From: Harriotta raleighana
Lineage: Eukaryota
Assembly (NCBI GenBank): GCA_050575255.1
Contig: JBNZDD010013730.1
Location: 5,578,608-5,642,607 of the forward strand
DNA length: 64,000 nucleotides
Direction: 5' to 3'
Shown here: piece after piece, positions 1-11,100 of the stretch
How positions within the stretch are numbered: position 1 is the first letter of the stretch
Layout of the letters: each line of letters starts with the position of its first letter
Translations under genes and position numbers: made by a program
The notes under the pieces: generated by a model
The model's database searches: none
The model's input: only the letters and a program-made list of their open reading frames with translations
What the model was told of the DNA's origin: nothing

Positions 1-470
1 TAGAGGTGTATAAAAAATTTAAAAGGAGATTGAAAAAGCAAACCTAGATCATTACTATAGGATGATTCATGACAGTAGAATAAGAGGACATAATAATGAT
101 CCTTCCATTTGATATAGTGCTTTATCACATCCTGCAGACGTCTCAAAGCACATCACAGAATATACTGTAAAGTGAATTGACTGTATATTTTGTTGGTAAA
201 ACGTTGCAGCCAATTGCACACAGCAGTGCCCCACAAACAGTCATGGACATTAGGTTTAGAATTATGAAGAGAAATTTCAGGACAGATACCAGGAAGTATT
301 CTTTACGCAGAGGGTAATCAATGACAGGAACAGGTTGCCAAAAATGGTGTCTGAGGCCAGGCCACTGGTCTAATTTAAAAAGCAGCTTGATGCAATGATG
401 AGGAAAGTGTTCTGGAAAGATGCGATTGGATGGGTTGAGGGGCTTTTTTCATACAGAGCAATCTGTAATC
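1..470 (+). mobile_element. Degenerate CR1-type LINE 3' end (ORF2 C-terminus), interrupted by a SINE fragment
   Basis: Decayed coding for the CR1 C-terminal motifs R.RGH, RK.FFTQRVIN..N.LP and FKKQLD (agaataagaggacat...aggaagtattctttacgcagagggtaatcaat...tttaaaaagcagcttgat). Confidence 0.7.
91..246 (-). mobile_element. 5'-truncated SINE (3' half of the young tRNA/Deu SINE family)
   Basis: Reverse complement of the family tail (cacaaatatacagtcaattcactttacagtatattctgtga...tatcaaatgcaaggattatta) seen in full copies at 43260 and 56878. Confidence 0.85.
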
Positions 471-604
471 TTGTGGAAGTCATTAAAGTGTGATAAAAGG
501 CTGGTGAGTAACACTATGGGGAATGCTGGAACAGACTCATTTTTAAAATGAAAAGATGCACTTTCATTAATGTTATAACAAATACAAATTGCATTGATAT
601 ACTG

Positions 605-919
605 TAATAATAATAATCCTTGCATTTGATATAGCGCTTTTCATATTTTACTGATGTCTCAAAGCGTTTCACAGAATATATTGGAAAGTGAATTGACTGT
701 ATATTTGTGGGCTAATTGCGGCAGCCAATTGCACACAGCAGCGTCCCACAAACAGTCGTCAACTGAAATTACCAATTTTATTATTGTGGGGGTTTTTTTT
801 GGACGGATAATTATTAAAGCGTGTGGAGTAAGGAAACTTTGCTGTGATCTGCCTGGATTCGAACACAGGTCTCAATCTTGTAAGGCGAGTGCTCTAACCA
901 CTGAGCTACCGCAGCTCCA
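605..919 (-). mobile_element. Full-length tRNA-derived SINE (young family)
   Basis: tRNA-like head with A box (tagctcagtggttagagc) and B box (gttcgaatcc), the Deu-like core gctgtgtgcaattggctgccgc, and an (ATT)n tail. Confidence 0.92.
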
Positions 920-1112
920 CAATATAGTGCCCTTCACATAAGATAATGCCTCAGAATGCGATATAATGATGGGATGGACACTGATAGGGGTAGGGTGAGG
1001 GCGTTGGGTGAGGGAGGGTGGGGTGAGAGGGAGGTGGTCACAATCACGGTCAATGAGGTACGATATAAAGTGGAGCTTAAAGAAAGACCGAGCGAGGATA
1101 AGGGAAGCTTTC
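920..1112 (-). mobile_element. L2-type LINE 3' end remnant (G-rich on the + strand)
   Basis: Reverse complement resembles the L2 3' ends at 23340-23540 and 35360-35560 (C-rich tract followed by the tgaa.ggc.ctata tail). The tail appears to continue at about 581-602 on the far side of the SINE. Confidence 0.55.
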
Positions 1113-2921
1113 ACCTTGAAATCAGTTCATGTAAATTTTCAATGTTGAACATCACAAACCACAATTTAACGATTCACTGGAATCACTATTATTTTGCCTG
1201 ACCTCATATTCCAAGCGTGCCTAGCCCGGTGGGGCGAGGGCTATTTACAAGGCAAGTTGTTTCCAACGTAGACTAGAATCACAATGAAAAAGGGTTGTCG
1301 AAAGGTGCACAACGGCACAACAGCCTTTTATTTTTCTGAGTACTGCAGACGTGTGGTACGGATAGAGTGCCAAAAAAACAATCTCGCAGTCCAAGGAGAT
1401 GGGAAGGGGAATTGGGTATTTTAGGGACGTTCCCTGCTCAGTGTTATTCATTCTCTGTCATCCCTGCAAGTCCCTGTGGCTGGCTCATTGGAGTCTCGCA
1501 GAGCTGGATGAGGCGGTGTGTGCTTCAACAATGTAGCATTCACTGTCTGTCCCCCAAAGAAGAAAGCCAAATTCAGCTGTTTAGAATCATGCTGGGATTT
1601 GCACAAATGAATCCCTGAGAGCTACAGCGCTAAATCATTTCCATAACCTTGCACAGATCATTTTGAAATATCATTCACATACTTATTTTTTTCAATTATT
1701 ATAGTGCGGATCTCAACAGCCTAGCAGCTATTTGTAAAGCAGATCTACTTCTATTCAGGAAAGAATTGCATGTTCATGGCATTTCTGGCTGCATTCACAT
1801 GGGAGCACACTGGGAATACACAGCCAAAACACAGCACCAGGGCATTTTGATGAAATGACATGAAAAGCCCTTCCCTGAGAATTCACCCGTATCCTACATG
1901 TGACTTCAGCACATAACCATCATTAACTGTTTGGCTTTTTCAAAATTAAAATATGTATCAGGCTTGGGTTTTCCATCAGAAGAACTAGCCAAATTGTGAA
2001 TTAATTCCTGAAATGCGCTTTGTGCAACCGAGCCTTAGATGCAACCATTTGTGCTGGTTGGCTATATCGCAAGCAGAGTAAGTGCACTGAATTCCTCAAT
2101 TCCGCAGACCTCAGGACTGTGCTAGCACATGTTAAGTACTCTCTACACTTAATCAATAACACATTTTGAAGATTTTTAAATAATCTTTCCATTCAAATTG
2201 GATGTTTGAATTAAAAATCACTCACAACTGTCACATTTTCAAGTTGAGTTAGTTTAAATTTCCCAGGAGTACACAGACAAAGTCTTCAGATGACACAAGC
2301 CGTTAAAAGGATTCTTTCGGTGATGTTTGTTTTAACACGTTTTATTGAATTAATCCATTTTCTGTTAATACTGTCCCGCAACGTGCATTTTATAGAGCTA
2401 AATCTTACAAAATGACCTCCTTTCTAAATGCAAAGATTTTTTTTTAAGTATACCTTTCGGTTTCCACTGGGATTCAAAGTGAGCTAAAGGCAAACTAATT
2501 TCATGTGGGAACATGCGTTTCCCAAGAATATGAAAGGAACAATTACAACCTCGATCTCTCCCAGAAAGATACAGAAACAAAACAAACAATCCTGCTAGAG
2601 AAGGTAGAGAACAAACCCACAGGGGAATACACACCTCTTAACATTCAATACATTGAAAATCCAAGGACAGAGTTATTATCCTTAAAGTCACAGTATGGGA
2701 GAAAAATTCTGAATAATTAAAGCTCCAATTAACTTAGTATTATTTTCTTTTTACGCTGCTGCGTGCTCCGAAGCAGTGCCTGACTTCATTCAGCAAAATC
2801 AACAGAATGAACTCAGCCATTTACTTTATCAAACTCATAAGCTGTTTGGAACGTCTCGATGCAAAGATGCATGAAACTTAATTTGCGAATCTGAATAATG
2901 GGCTTCATGCTGGTGACTTAC

Positions 2922-3135
2922 CTCAGTGTCATGATTTTAAAGGCATCTGGGAGGTAGCATTGCACATTTTCCATTTGAAATGGATCCGCATCACAGATCT
3001 TGTCGTCGGTGCGACCATAGTTGGCGCTCTCAATCATAATGACATCACTTCCTGGGCAGCGGAGGTCAATGGGGTAGCCCTCACAGGACAACTCCCTCCT
3101 CACCAAACCAAAGGGTAATGCAGCTCGACTGAAGC
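2922..3135 (-). CDS. ADGRL2: Latrophilin/adhesion GPCR L coding exon (214 bp), N-terminal part of the SUEL/rhamnose-binding lectin domain; most likely ADGRL2
   Basis: Translates to (G)[70 protein letters not shown](R), a clear latrophilin lectin sequence. Acceptor TTTTGTTTCTAG|G at 3136/3135 (phase 1) and donor AG|GTAAGT at 2922/2921 (phase 2). [18 protein letters not shown] and KIMT match ADGRL2 as I recall it. The family call is near certain; the paralog call is less so. Confidence 0.95.
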
Positions 3136-3624
3136 CTAGAAACAAAATAGAGGAGGTCACAAAGGTTTCCCGAGTGTCCTCTTTGACTATCACACCATAA
3201 AATTGCCGCTCTGTCAAATTCAGTTTCACGACCTTGCCTTGTTCTCGTGTTCTCATTTCAATTCAGATAACTGTCAATTATGATAAGTGACACAGGCTTT
3301 CAAAATGCTGAGTTTCTACCTTCTGTTCAGATGGAAATATGATTGAATGCACAAAACAATATCAATTCCACTTTCAGTCGCTCAGATATGCAACCTCACA
3401 GTCAAAGCTTGATGAATCTGCAATATATTCAAATTCAGCACTATCTTCAGGGTACTGGACTGAACTATGTAGATGTTGCAGGTTCCAAGTTCAACCCTCC
3501 TTCTGTCAGTCAGGGCAATGCTGTGATTTCAATAATTGGCCGCAGCATTACTCAGATCAGGAAGGTGGAGGAAAACTTAAGTGAATTGTCAATGTATTTT
3601 CGATGAAGAATGTTTGCACAGCAA

Positions 3625-3870
3625 GTCAGCACATAGCTAAAATGCACAGAGCAAAATTCCAGGTTCAATCCACCTTTTCCATCTGAAATAGGGCAAAGAA
3701 ATCATGGAAAGTACAAATCAGCCTAACTCCTTTTACTTCTGGCTGCCAACCAACAACCCCTCTGCTAGAGGTGTGGACCTGTAAAAATCATGCCAAAATC
3801 TAGCTAACTATTGCTAACATTTACATGTGAATAATAATTACTTGAGTGAGGCACTCCTGTGGAACCATAG
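3625..3870 (+). mobile_element. Highly decayed copy of an ancient non-Deu SINE-like family
   Basis: Patchy similarity (ccaggttcaatcc, aaatcagcc, catgtgaataat...acttg) to the copies at 39515, 50690 and 63125. Confidence 0.35.
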
Positions 3871-3964
3871 TTTACAACAACACTAACTCGCACTTATATC
3901 AGTACCTTTTATGTAGATAATGTCTCCAAATTCTTTCCAGACAAGAGCAAGATGATAACATTAA

Positions 3965-4118
3965 TACTACTAATAATCCTTGCATTTGATAAGAGCACCT
4001 TATCAAGTCTTTCAGAATTTCAAAGAATATACCATAAAATGAACTGACACAGTGTGAAAAGCTCTATATCAAATGCAAGGATTATTATTATTATATCAAA
4101 TCAAGGATGATTATTATT
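3965..4118. mobile_element. Two or three SINE tail fragments in inverted arrangement
   Basis: A minus-strand tail (taataatccttgcatttgata) is followed by plus-strand tails (tatatcaaatgcaaggattattatta, repeated). Confidence 0.75.
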
Positions 4119-4369
4119 ACAGTAGTGTACAAAGGTTTAGAAAAGTAAGGGACTGTACGAGACAGAGGCAATTTGGGAAGGATTCCACAGAGAGAACAGA
4201 GAAACTAAAAGTATCGAACAAGAAAGAGGAGTGGAAATAAAAGACTAGGCACCAGCCTTGCCACAAAGCCACACAAATACAGTGAACCTTCAGTGTTATG
4301 GAATAGCTTCCATTTTGGTTCTGCACACAAAGATTCCTTGACATTTTGTCTTCACAGTAATCAGTATAT

Positions 4370-4575
4370 TGCATGCAATTCGCTGCCGCGTTCCGCCCAC
4401 AAATATACAGTCAATTCACTTTACAGTATATTCTGCGAAGCGCTTTGAGAGGTCCAGAAGATGTGGAACTCACGACATCAAATGCACAGTATATTCTGCG
4501 AAGCGCTTTGAGAGGTCCAGAAGATGTGGAACTCACGACATCAAATGCAAGTATTATTATTATTTATTATTATAT
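4370..4575 (+). mobile_element. SINE 3' half with an internal perfect 63-bp tandem duplication
   Basis: Family tail sequence. 4423-4485 is repeated at 4486-4548 with no N between the copies. Confidence 0.88.
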
Positions 4576-5685
4576 TGTGTTGTCAGGATTTATCATTCAG
4601 GATGATGTATTCTGTGCTTTTGTCCTTTCTTGCACTCGCTTTACTCTTCCCACTTTATTTAAGAGGCCACGAAATGGGCACCACTGAATTACATTTACAA
4701 CATATTTCACAGCACATACCCCATGTGCTATAGCGTACCTGCACTCTGAGTAAAGCAACGGGAATCATTTTACTGCAAATGAACAGGGGTAATTCATCAA
4801 TCAGAACCGAGTATGTAACGCTCATAATTTTTAAACATTAATGCAATAAAATTTCATATGCATGGTAGTGATTACAAAGACATCAGCTCTGTTAACAATT
4901 ATGAAAGACATTGAAATCCATCTGCACTGAGGGAAATTAGCCCTTTGAGAACTAGAGTAGAATTTCTGCACCAAAATGAAGAATGTAACAAGGTTAGGCT
5001 ATATTAGCTCCGTCAAAGAATCCTGCACAAGATAAAATGTTCTGGATATGAGAACATTTATCTCATTCTACTTTGTAATGTTCGGCAACATAAAGTTACA
5101 GGAAATCATTTTGTTACTGATGTCAGTGAGAGGAAGTGTCTGGTGATTTTCAAAGCTGCAAAGCAGACTTACATTTGAAGGCTTCACGCAGAATTAGCTC
5201 ACTTGTTTCCTCTCTTTCTACTCACGATTTAAAAAATGACCCACTGTGCGCTGAGTGAGACATTAAAAACTTGACTTTAATTTTTCACTCAGCGAAAAAA
5301 GTGACCCGAATTTAATCAAAAGCAGTTCTAAACGATAATAAAGTATACCTTTGGTGAGAGGCACACAGCCAGCCAGTGGGTAAAGAGTATTGAAAGGGCA
5401 CAAGGGATGAAGTATATAGCAAGGGAAGAGAGAAACAATAAAGGTTTGCCGCCGCAGGGATGAACCCAATGAACTAATTTACAAGCTGTGGAGTTTGCTT
5501 CCAGTTCACAATACAACTTTCACCCAATAACTAATCGGTGACTGGAATTTTAATGGTTAGATTTACATCTTGTTCAGCTGTACGCATCAGTTCAGACAGA
5601 AATCAAAATTTAATCCGACTGTATGCGATTTATGTAGAACTTTACTTTCAAGTAAAATTATCATGAGTATTATGTGTATTAGTCC

Positions 5686-6045
5686 ACCTCAGTTGGTAGC
5701 TCTCGTCTCTGAGTCAGTGGGATTAAGCCTCATATTTGGATTTTGAATTAATTGCAATGTCGGAGATAGCGTTCTTTGAATGAGATGTTAAAATTAGACC
5801 CCAGCTGGCTGTTCAGGTGGACGTTAAAATCTCGTGGCACTGCTTGAAAAGAGAAGAGAGTTTCTCCCAGCATTCTGGTCAATAATAACCTAAATAAAAT
5901 TAGACATTCACTTCATAGCTGTTTGTCGGGCATTGCTAGGCCTACAAAAATACACAGATGTTACACTTTACAGTATATCCTGTGAAGTGCTTTGAAATGT
6001 GCTCCCCAACCACAAAAGATAATGCATCAAAAATGTAAGGATTTT
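5686..6045 (+). mobile_element. Older Deu-domain SINE (SacSINE1/AmnSINE1-like)
   Basis: tRNA-like head ctcagttggtagc...ctctgagtcag, Deu-like core gagatgttaaa...ttcaggtggacgttaaaatc.cgtggcact, and tail ctgtgaagtgctttga. Confidence 0.75.
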
Positions 6046-8218
6046 TCAACCAACTGGAGATCCGAGGCACAATTTAATGATAACAATGAAGCTAAGTCAA
6101 AATGTTGACATGCTTACGATTCCCAACATGATCCCAAAATGTCGAATTGTCGATGCGAGTTGGCCATTAGGGGATCAAAGTGGAAGCACCTACATGACAA
6201 AAAGAAGTGTACACGTGTGGAAGGAAATACAGATGTTTGTGTCCCTCCTAGTGGTTGATAACAGGAGGGTTTAGGTTGAGAAAAAATGAATTGAACGGAT
6301 GCGATTGTCAGAAAAACAACTCTTTCTAATCAAGTGTCTGGAAAAAAATCAGAATTTAAAGCTTGAACTAAACAAGCCCTCAGGGTTCTGCCAACCAATT
6401 ATTTTGTTAATTGAATATCCAATAGAATTTTAACATATTAAAATTTCACAAAAGTGCTACAATTTGCTGGTTAAGGTTAAATGTGTAATCAGCATTTTAC
6501 AAGGTTACAAGTCAACATCATGCTGAAAGTCTTGTAGCACATACAGGGGACATTTTCAGCCAACCGTCCATCTTGTAAGCTACTAAAACAAAACCAAATA
6601 GGTTCGGAAACATTAGCGCGAGCAAATCAGGAGCGAAGAGATCAAATCTGTTTCCAGCGTTGCAGCGTGCCTGGCTCAGCAACGACTCAATGAATCGATT
6701 ATTTAATTTCTATCAATTAAAATGCTCCAATCAACCGGAATTATCACAGCTCTGCAGGGGCTTTATTTAAGAGACAGCAATGACCATTACTTCAAAATAA
6801 ATAATATGCTTTTCCAGTGGGTGGATTACTGATAAAATTCCAAGACACCCTATGCTTTGAGTTGACCTGCAATCAGCCCTTAACCTTCTTCCTGAAGTAG
6901 CGCTTGAACATGATCAAATAGATGTTGTTTATGACAAATCACATCTCTTTAAAAAAAGTCTCTAATACTTTACATACGGTTCTCTTATGCTTTAGCGACA
7001 GTGGAAATCAAAAGATTGAAAACGCTTTTCAACAAACTGCTGTGCAAGGAACCAACGTGCACTAATGAGTGATGCTTCTGTGAAATGGGCATCATTAGGA
7101 GATGTTGTTTTCGCAGCTTGTTGACACATTCCTAAGATCTCGGAATACATTTCAAGCATTTTAAAAAATCAGTTAAAGGTGGGGGGGGGGGAGGGGGAGA
7201 ACGACAACAACAACCTTTGCAGCAACTGAATATAATTCACTCTATCTTACGGCTCTAACAATCGAAGAAAGAGATGGCTCAGCCACCAAACAAAATCAAT
7301 ACTACAGCCTGCACTCTGTGAATGCAAACCTTGCCAAACCCTAGCACTTAAGAGGAGAATTAACTATTTCACTCAATTTTGCTTTCTCCGAGCAAATGAT
7401 TTTGAAAGGATGAGCCTTTGTTTCCCTTTAAGAACAGTGAACGATGTCAGGTTATACAACTTCTTGCTACAGGGCGATTCAATTTCATTAAAATTCCACC
7501 AATAAAAGGTGATACGCTCTGTGTTCACTTGCTTAATGTACTTTCTAATGTACAGAGTAGCTCTGAGTATCAGATAAATAAGCACAATGCTATCAGAGGA
7601 AATAAGTCTGAGAGACTAATAGAGTCAAAATTTGCCTTAGGTTTTCTCTATTGTTTCCAAGCTTTCCTGCACTAAGTACACTGTCAATGATGATTGCTGT
7701 TAGCAGGAGCTTTTAGTCTCACATGAAGTCGCAGTCATTTATATTTACAGTCCTGTGCTTACTTAATGAATCTCTGTTCACAGTCTGGTGCCTAGGAAAA
7801 AAACACCATTACTGCTTTTGTTTACAAATTTGTTTAGTCAGATTGGTGCTGCACTACATTCCCTCCTTTTCTTTCATCCCATTCAAAGTACTTACTGAGT
7901 GCCTCAACAAATCAAAGAAACTGGCATCATGTTGGCCAGAGTTTCAAACAGAACAATTCCAAATTGTCCAAAGCCTCTGTAAAGAAATGTACCTTTAAGC
8001 ACAAGCTGACAACTGATCACAGCCAAATAGGTCCTCGGTTGTTGGGGGTTAACTCTTTCAAGATCAAACCATTTGAAACATTTGCTTTCTTGTGGGGTCT
8101 CTCGCCTGTTGTTCTTTTACCATTAACAAAACATATTTAACATTTTGGTTGTCAGAATGAGACTTGAATTTCGAAATACGACTTTTCATAAAGCTCAGCA
8201 ACTAAACACATAGGTATC

Positions 8219-8637
8219 AGCCTGGCACAGTTGGCAGGTCTCTTGGCTCTGAGTCAGAAGATTTGGGATTCAAGACCCATGCCAGGATGTTGAGCTTAGT
8301 CTGTGCTCACACTCTAGTGCAGTCCTTGGGGATGTGGTGCATTATCAGAGGTACTGTTATTCAGATGAGAGGTTAAACAGAGTTATCGAGTCTGCCCGGT
8401 CAGGTAGACGTTAAAGACACGATTTGAAAAGGGATTTTTTTTCCCAGTGTTCAGGTCAACAATCCCCCAGATAAAATGGATCATTCACTTGATGGCTGTT
8501 TTGGGCACATTGCTTTGTGCAAACTAGCTGCCGTGTTTGCTCACAAAATATAGTCAATACACTGCACAATATACAAGGAAATCCTGTGAAGCGCTTTGAG
8601 ACTTGGTGCTGTATCAGCTGCAAAGATTATTTATTGT
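8219..8637 (+). mobile_element. Older Deu-domain SINE, near full length
   Basis: Head ggcacagttggcagg...ctctgagtcagaag..gggattcaagaccc, core caggtagacgttaaaga, and tail tgtgaagcgctttgaga...gcaaagattatt. Confidence 0.8.
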
Positions 8638-9402
8638 AATCTGTGCATGTATGGCGAGAAGATGTAAACAATAGTTTAGTCTTCAAAAGATGAATCGAAG
8701 AAGGTTTTAAGAGGAAGGCATTGCTGAGACAGGGCCTGATGGAATTCCTGAACCGAATTTGGTGCAAACTATGATCATAATAAACAATAAATTTCACTGC
8801 ATTCATTGAATGTCATGGTATGCTCCATTTACCCCTTCACGTCTAAATGGAACATTAGAGAAAACTAATCAATAACTTGTCTGTTCAGGATGATAAAACA
8901 TATTCACTAAACTGCGAAAATAGCTAATGTGTTTTTGTGCCTGATGGCAAAAATATGAACTTCAAAATCACAGTACAGACAACAGACTTGAAGATCAAAA
9001 AAACCTTGGTGACATTAAAATAGCACCAGTGTTTAAATACACAATTTTATGACATTTAACACAAAGCACAAGAACAACAAATTGTGTTCTATATTATTAT
9101 TTTTACATATCAAAATGAAATGTTTTATTGTTCCAGAATTGTGCAATAGGGAATATTTCTATTGGATGCTGAGGAAATGGCATAATTTTTTTTTAAAAAA
9201 TCAGTACATAGTGAATGGTCCAAGACAATAGCAGAGCAATAAGATAAGCCAAGAAACTATTTGATTTAAGTATTAAAGGCATTTACGTTTGTACAAGGTA
9301 CAGAATACTGACCCAGGTAACGAGTTCCATGACAAAGTTGGGGGAAAATAAATGGTTGATATAGGAGACAGTGAGATGGAATGAGAATCCTGGGAATATT
9401 AA

Positions 9403-9515
9403 CAATAATAATCCTTGCATTTGATCGAGTGCTGTAGCATGTCTTCGGAATGTCTCAGAGCTCTTCACAGGATATACTGTAAAGTGAATTGTCTGTTTAT
9501 TTTGTGAGTGAAACG
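9403..9515 (-). mobile_element. SINE 3' fragment
   Basis: aataataatccttgcatttgat...cttcacaggatatactgtaaagtgaattg. Confidence 0.8.
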
Positions 9516-9963
9516 TGGGAAGAGGGAAAGCATATGGGATAAAGATAAACACTTAATGTTTAGAGGAAAGAGAGCAAATTTCAAGAAGGAGTAATTTTTG
9601 TTTGACTAGTTGAGTGTCTGATGTGTTTGTCCAGCTAAGACTACCTTTAGGGGCTTGCCTCCCAGGGTTAACATGAGGCGAGCAGAAAGAATCCCTGCTT
9701 TCAGGGACTGTTCTGCCTCTTACTGCTGATGAGACAAGTTAGCTGATGCCCTGGAGTCCTTCAGAACAACCAGCTCAAGAACACAGAGGGTTGCCTCGAT
9801 TCAGATACAGTATTCCTTTGCTAAGCATGACAACTTGGGGCCAGCTCAACTCCAAGGATATCTCACTTACCTCCCGTCCCCAAAGTAGATAGTCACAGGA
9901 AAAGCAACCATAGGAATATTAATAAAGGTAGTCCCTTGCTCACCTATATCTGGCACTCTAGTG

Positions 9964-10084
9964 TTTGACACAACCTTTCCTGTGTCTCTCTTGCTGTATT
10001 TTATTCATATTCCTAGGATCAGGAGGAGTGATTGTAGGAATATTAATAAAATACATTAAGGGCAACAGGAAAGGTTGTGTCAAA
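9964..10084. repeat. Imperfect inverted repeat, about 50-bp arms and 19-nt loop
   Basis: tttgacacaacctttcctgt...tattttattcatattccta pairs with taggaatattaataaaata...acaggaaaggttgtgtcaaa. The outer 20 bp are perfect. Confidence 0.85.
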
Positions 10085-10839
10085 GAATGGAAGCTAAAGA
10101 CGAGCAAAGGATTAGATATCAGGTGAGAGGACATTTCTTATATCTGTTCCAGAAGTCCAAGAGAGGTTAAGAAGAACACGTCATGCCTCAGTGGATCAAT
10201 ACCCCTGCCCAATATGGTACTGAGATATAATTCTATGGTTTGGATCCAGCTATGTACTTTTTCGGTGGATCTGAACAATTGAGAGGATACAAATTGGTTT
10301 GGAGTGCTGGGAGAAGAGATGGGTATATAAATCAGGGCTTTTTCTCTGGGATTTGTCCAATGATCCCCCTTAAAATGTATTGTGGAACGTCAAGAGATTG
10401 AATTCAACCACAATAAGCTGTGTGATCAGACAGCTTATCTGCATTTAAAATTCAACCAATGAAACTAGTCATTTGGGTGGGTGGGTGGGGAGAGAGGGAA
10501 AACGGGGTGAAGAACACAAACAGCCAAGCAATTGTAATCCAGTATTAGCCACTGCCTACAGAGGGCAAGGGGTAAGATGAGAAAACTGTTGGAAATTTGA
10601 AGCTTTCATATTTCCAAAAGGTTCTTATGTGAAAGAGATGTTGATAATTGACAGAACTAGATTTATTGGATTCACAGACTGGATCTGAAAATAAATTTAT
10701 TTCAGCTGCTTTGAATCAATAAGTCAATTGCTAATTCTAACAAGTTTGACTGCTTATCAAAATAAAGCCAGCTCTACAAGTTATGTATCAATACTCATCT
10801 AAAGAGCATAGATTATAGGAGTTGTCAACGTTGATTTAG

Positions 10840-11100
10840 AGCAGCAGGTCATCACAAACCTAATGGAATTCTTTGAGTCACTAAACTAGCAGATGGTGCC
10901 TAATAGTAGATATAGTTTACTCAGAATATTTTTGAATATCAGACCAAATTCCCGATTTAAGGCTTTTGAAAGTCAAAGAAGTTCATGGAATTAATGGAAA
11001 ATGTACCAATGTAACTGAAAACCTGCTTAGCAATACGAGACAGAAGGTGATGATAAATTAAGAAAGGTCAATTGAGAAGGAGTGGAGGGTCAGTGATCAG
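10840..11100 (+). mobile_element. Old CR1 reverse-transcriptase fragment (frameshifted)
   Basis: Decayed coding for TNLMEFFE, VDIVY, HGING and N.L..RQKV.IN, the typical CR1 RT motif order. Confidence 0.6.

Noticed and set aside
985-1036. G-quadruplex-like G-rich tract
   Set aside because: Explained as the reverse complement of the C-rich L2 3' region; no independent evidence of function.
3136-3256. N-terminal extension MRTREQGK... of the 2918-3256 ORF
   Set aside because: Intronic read-through upstream of the acceptor at 3136; the real N-terminus comes from the 55299 exon.
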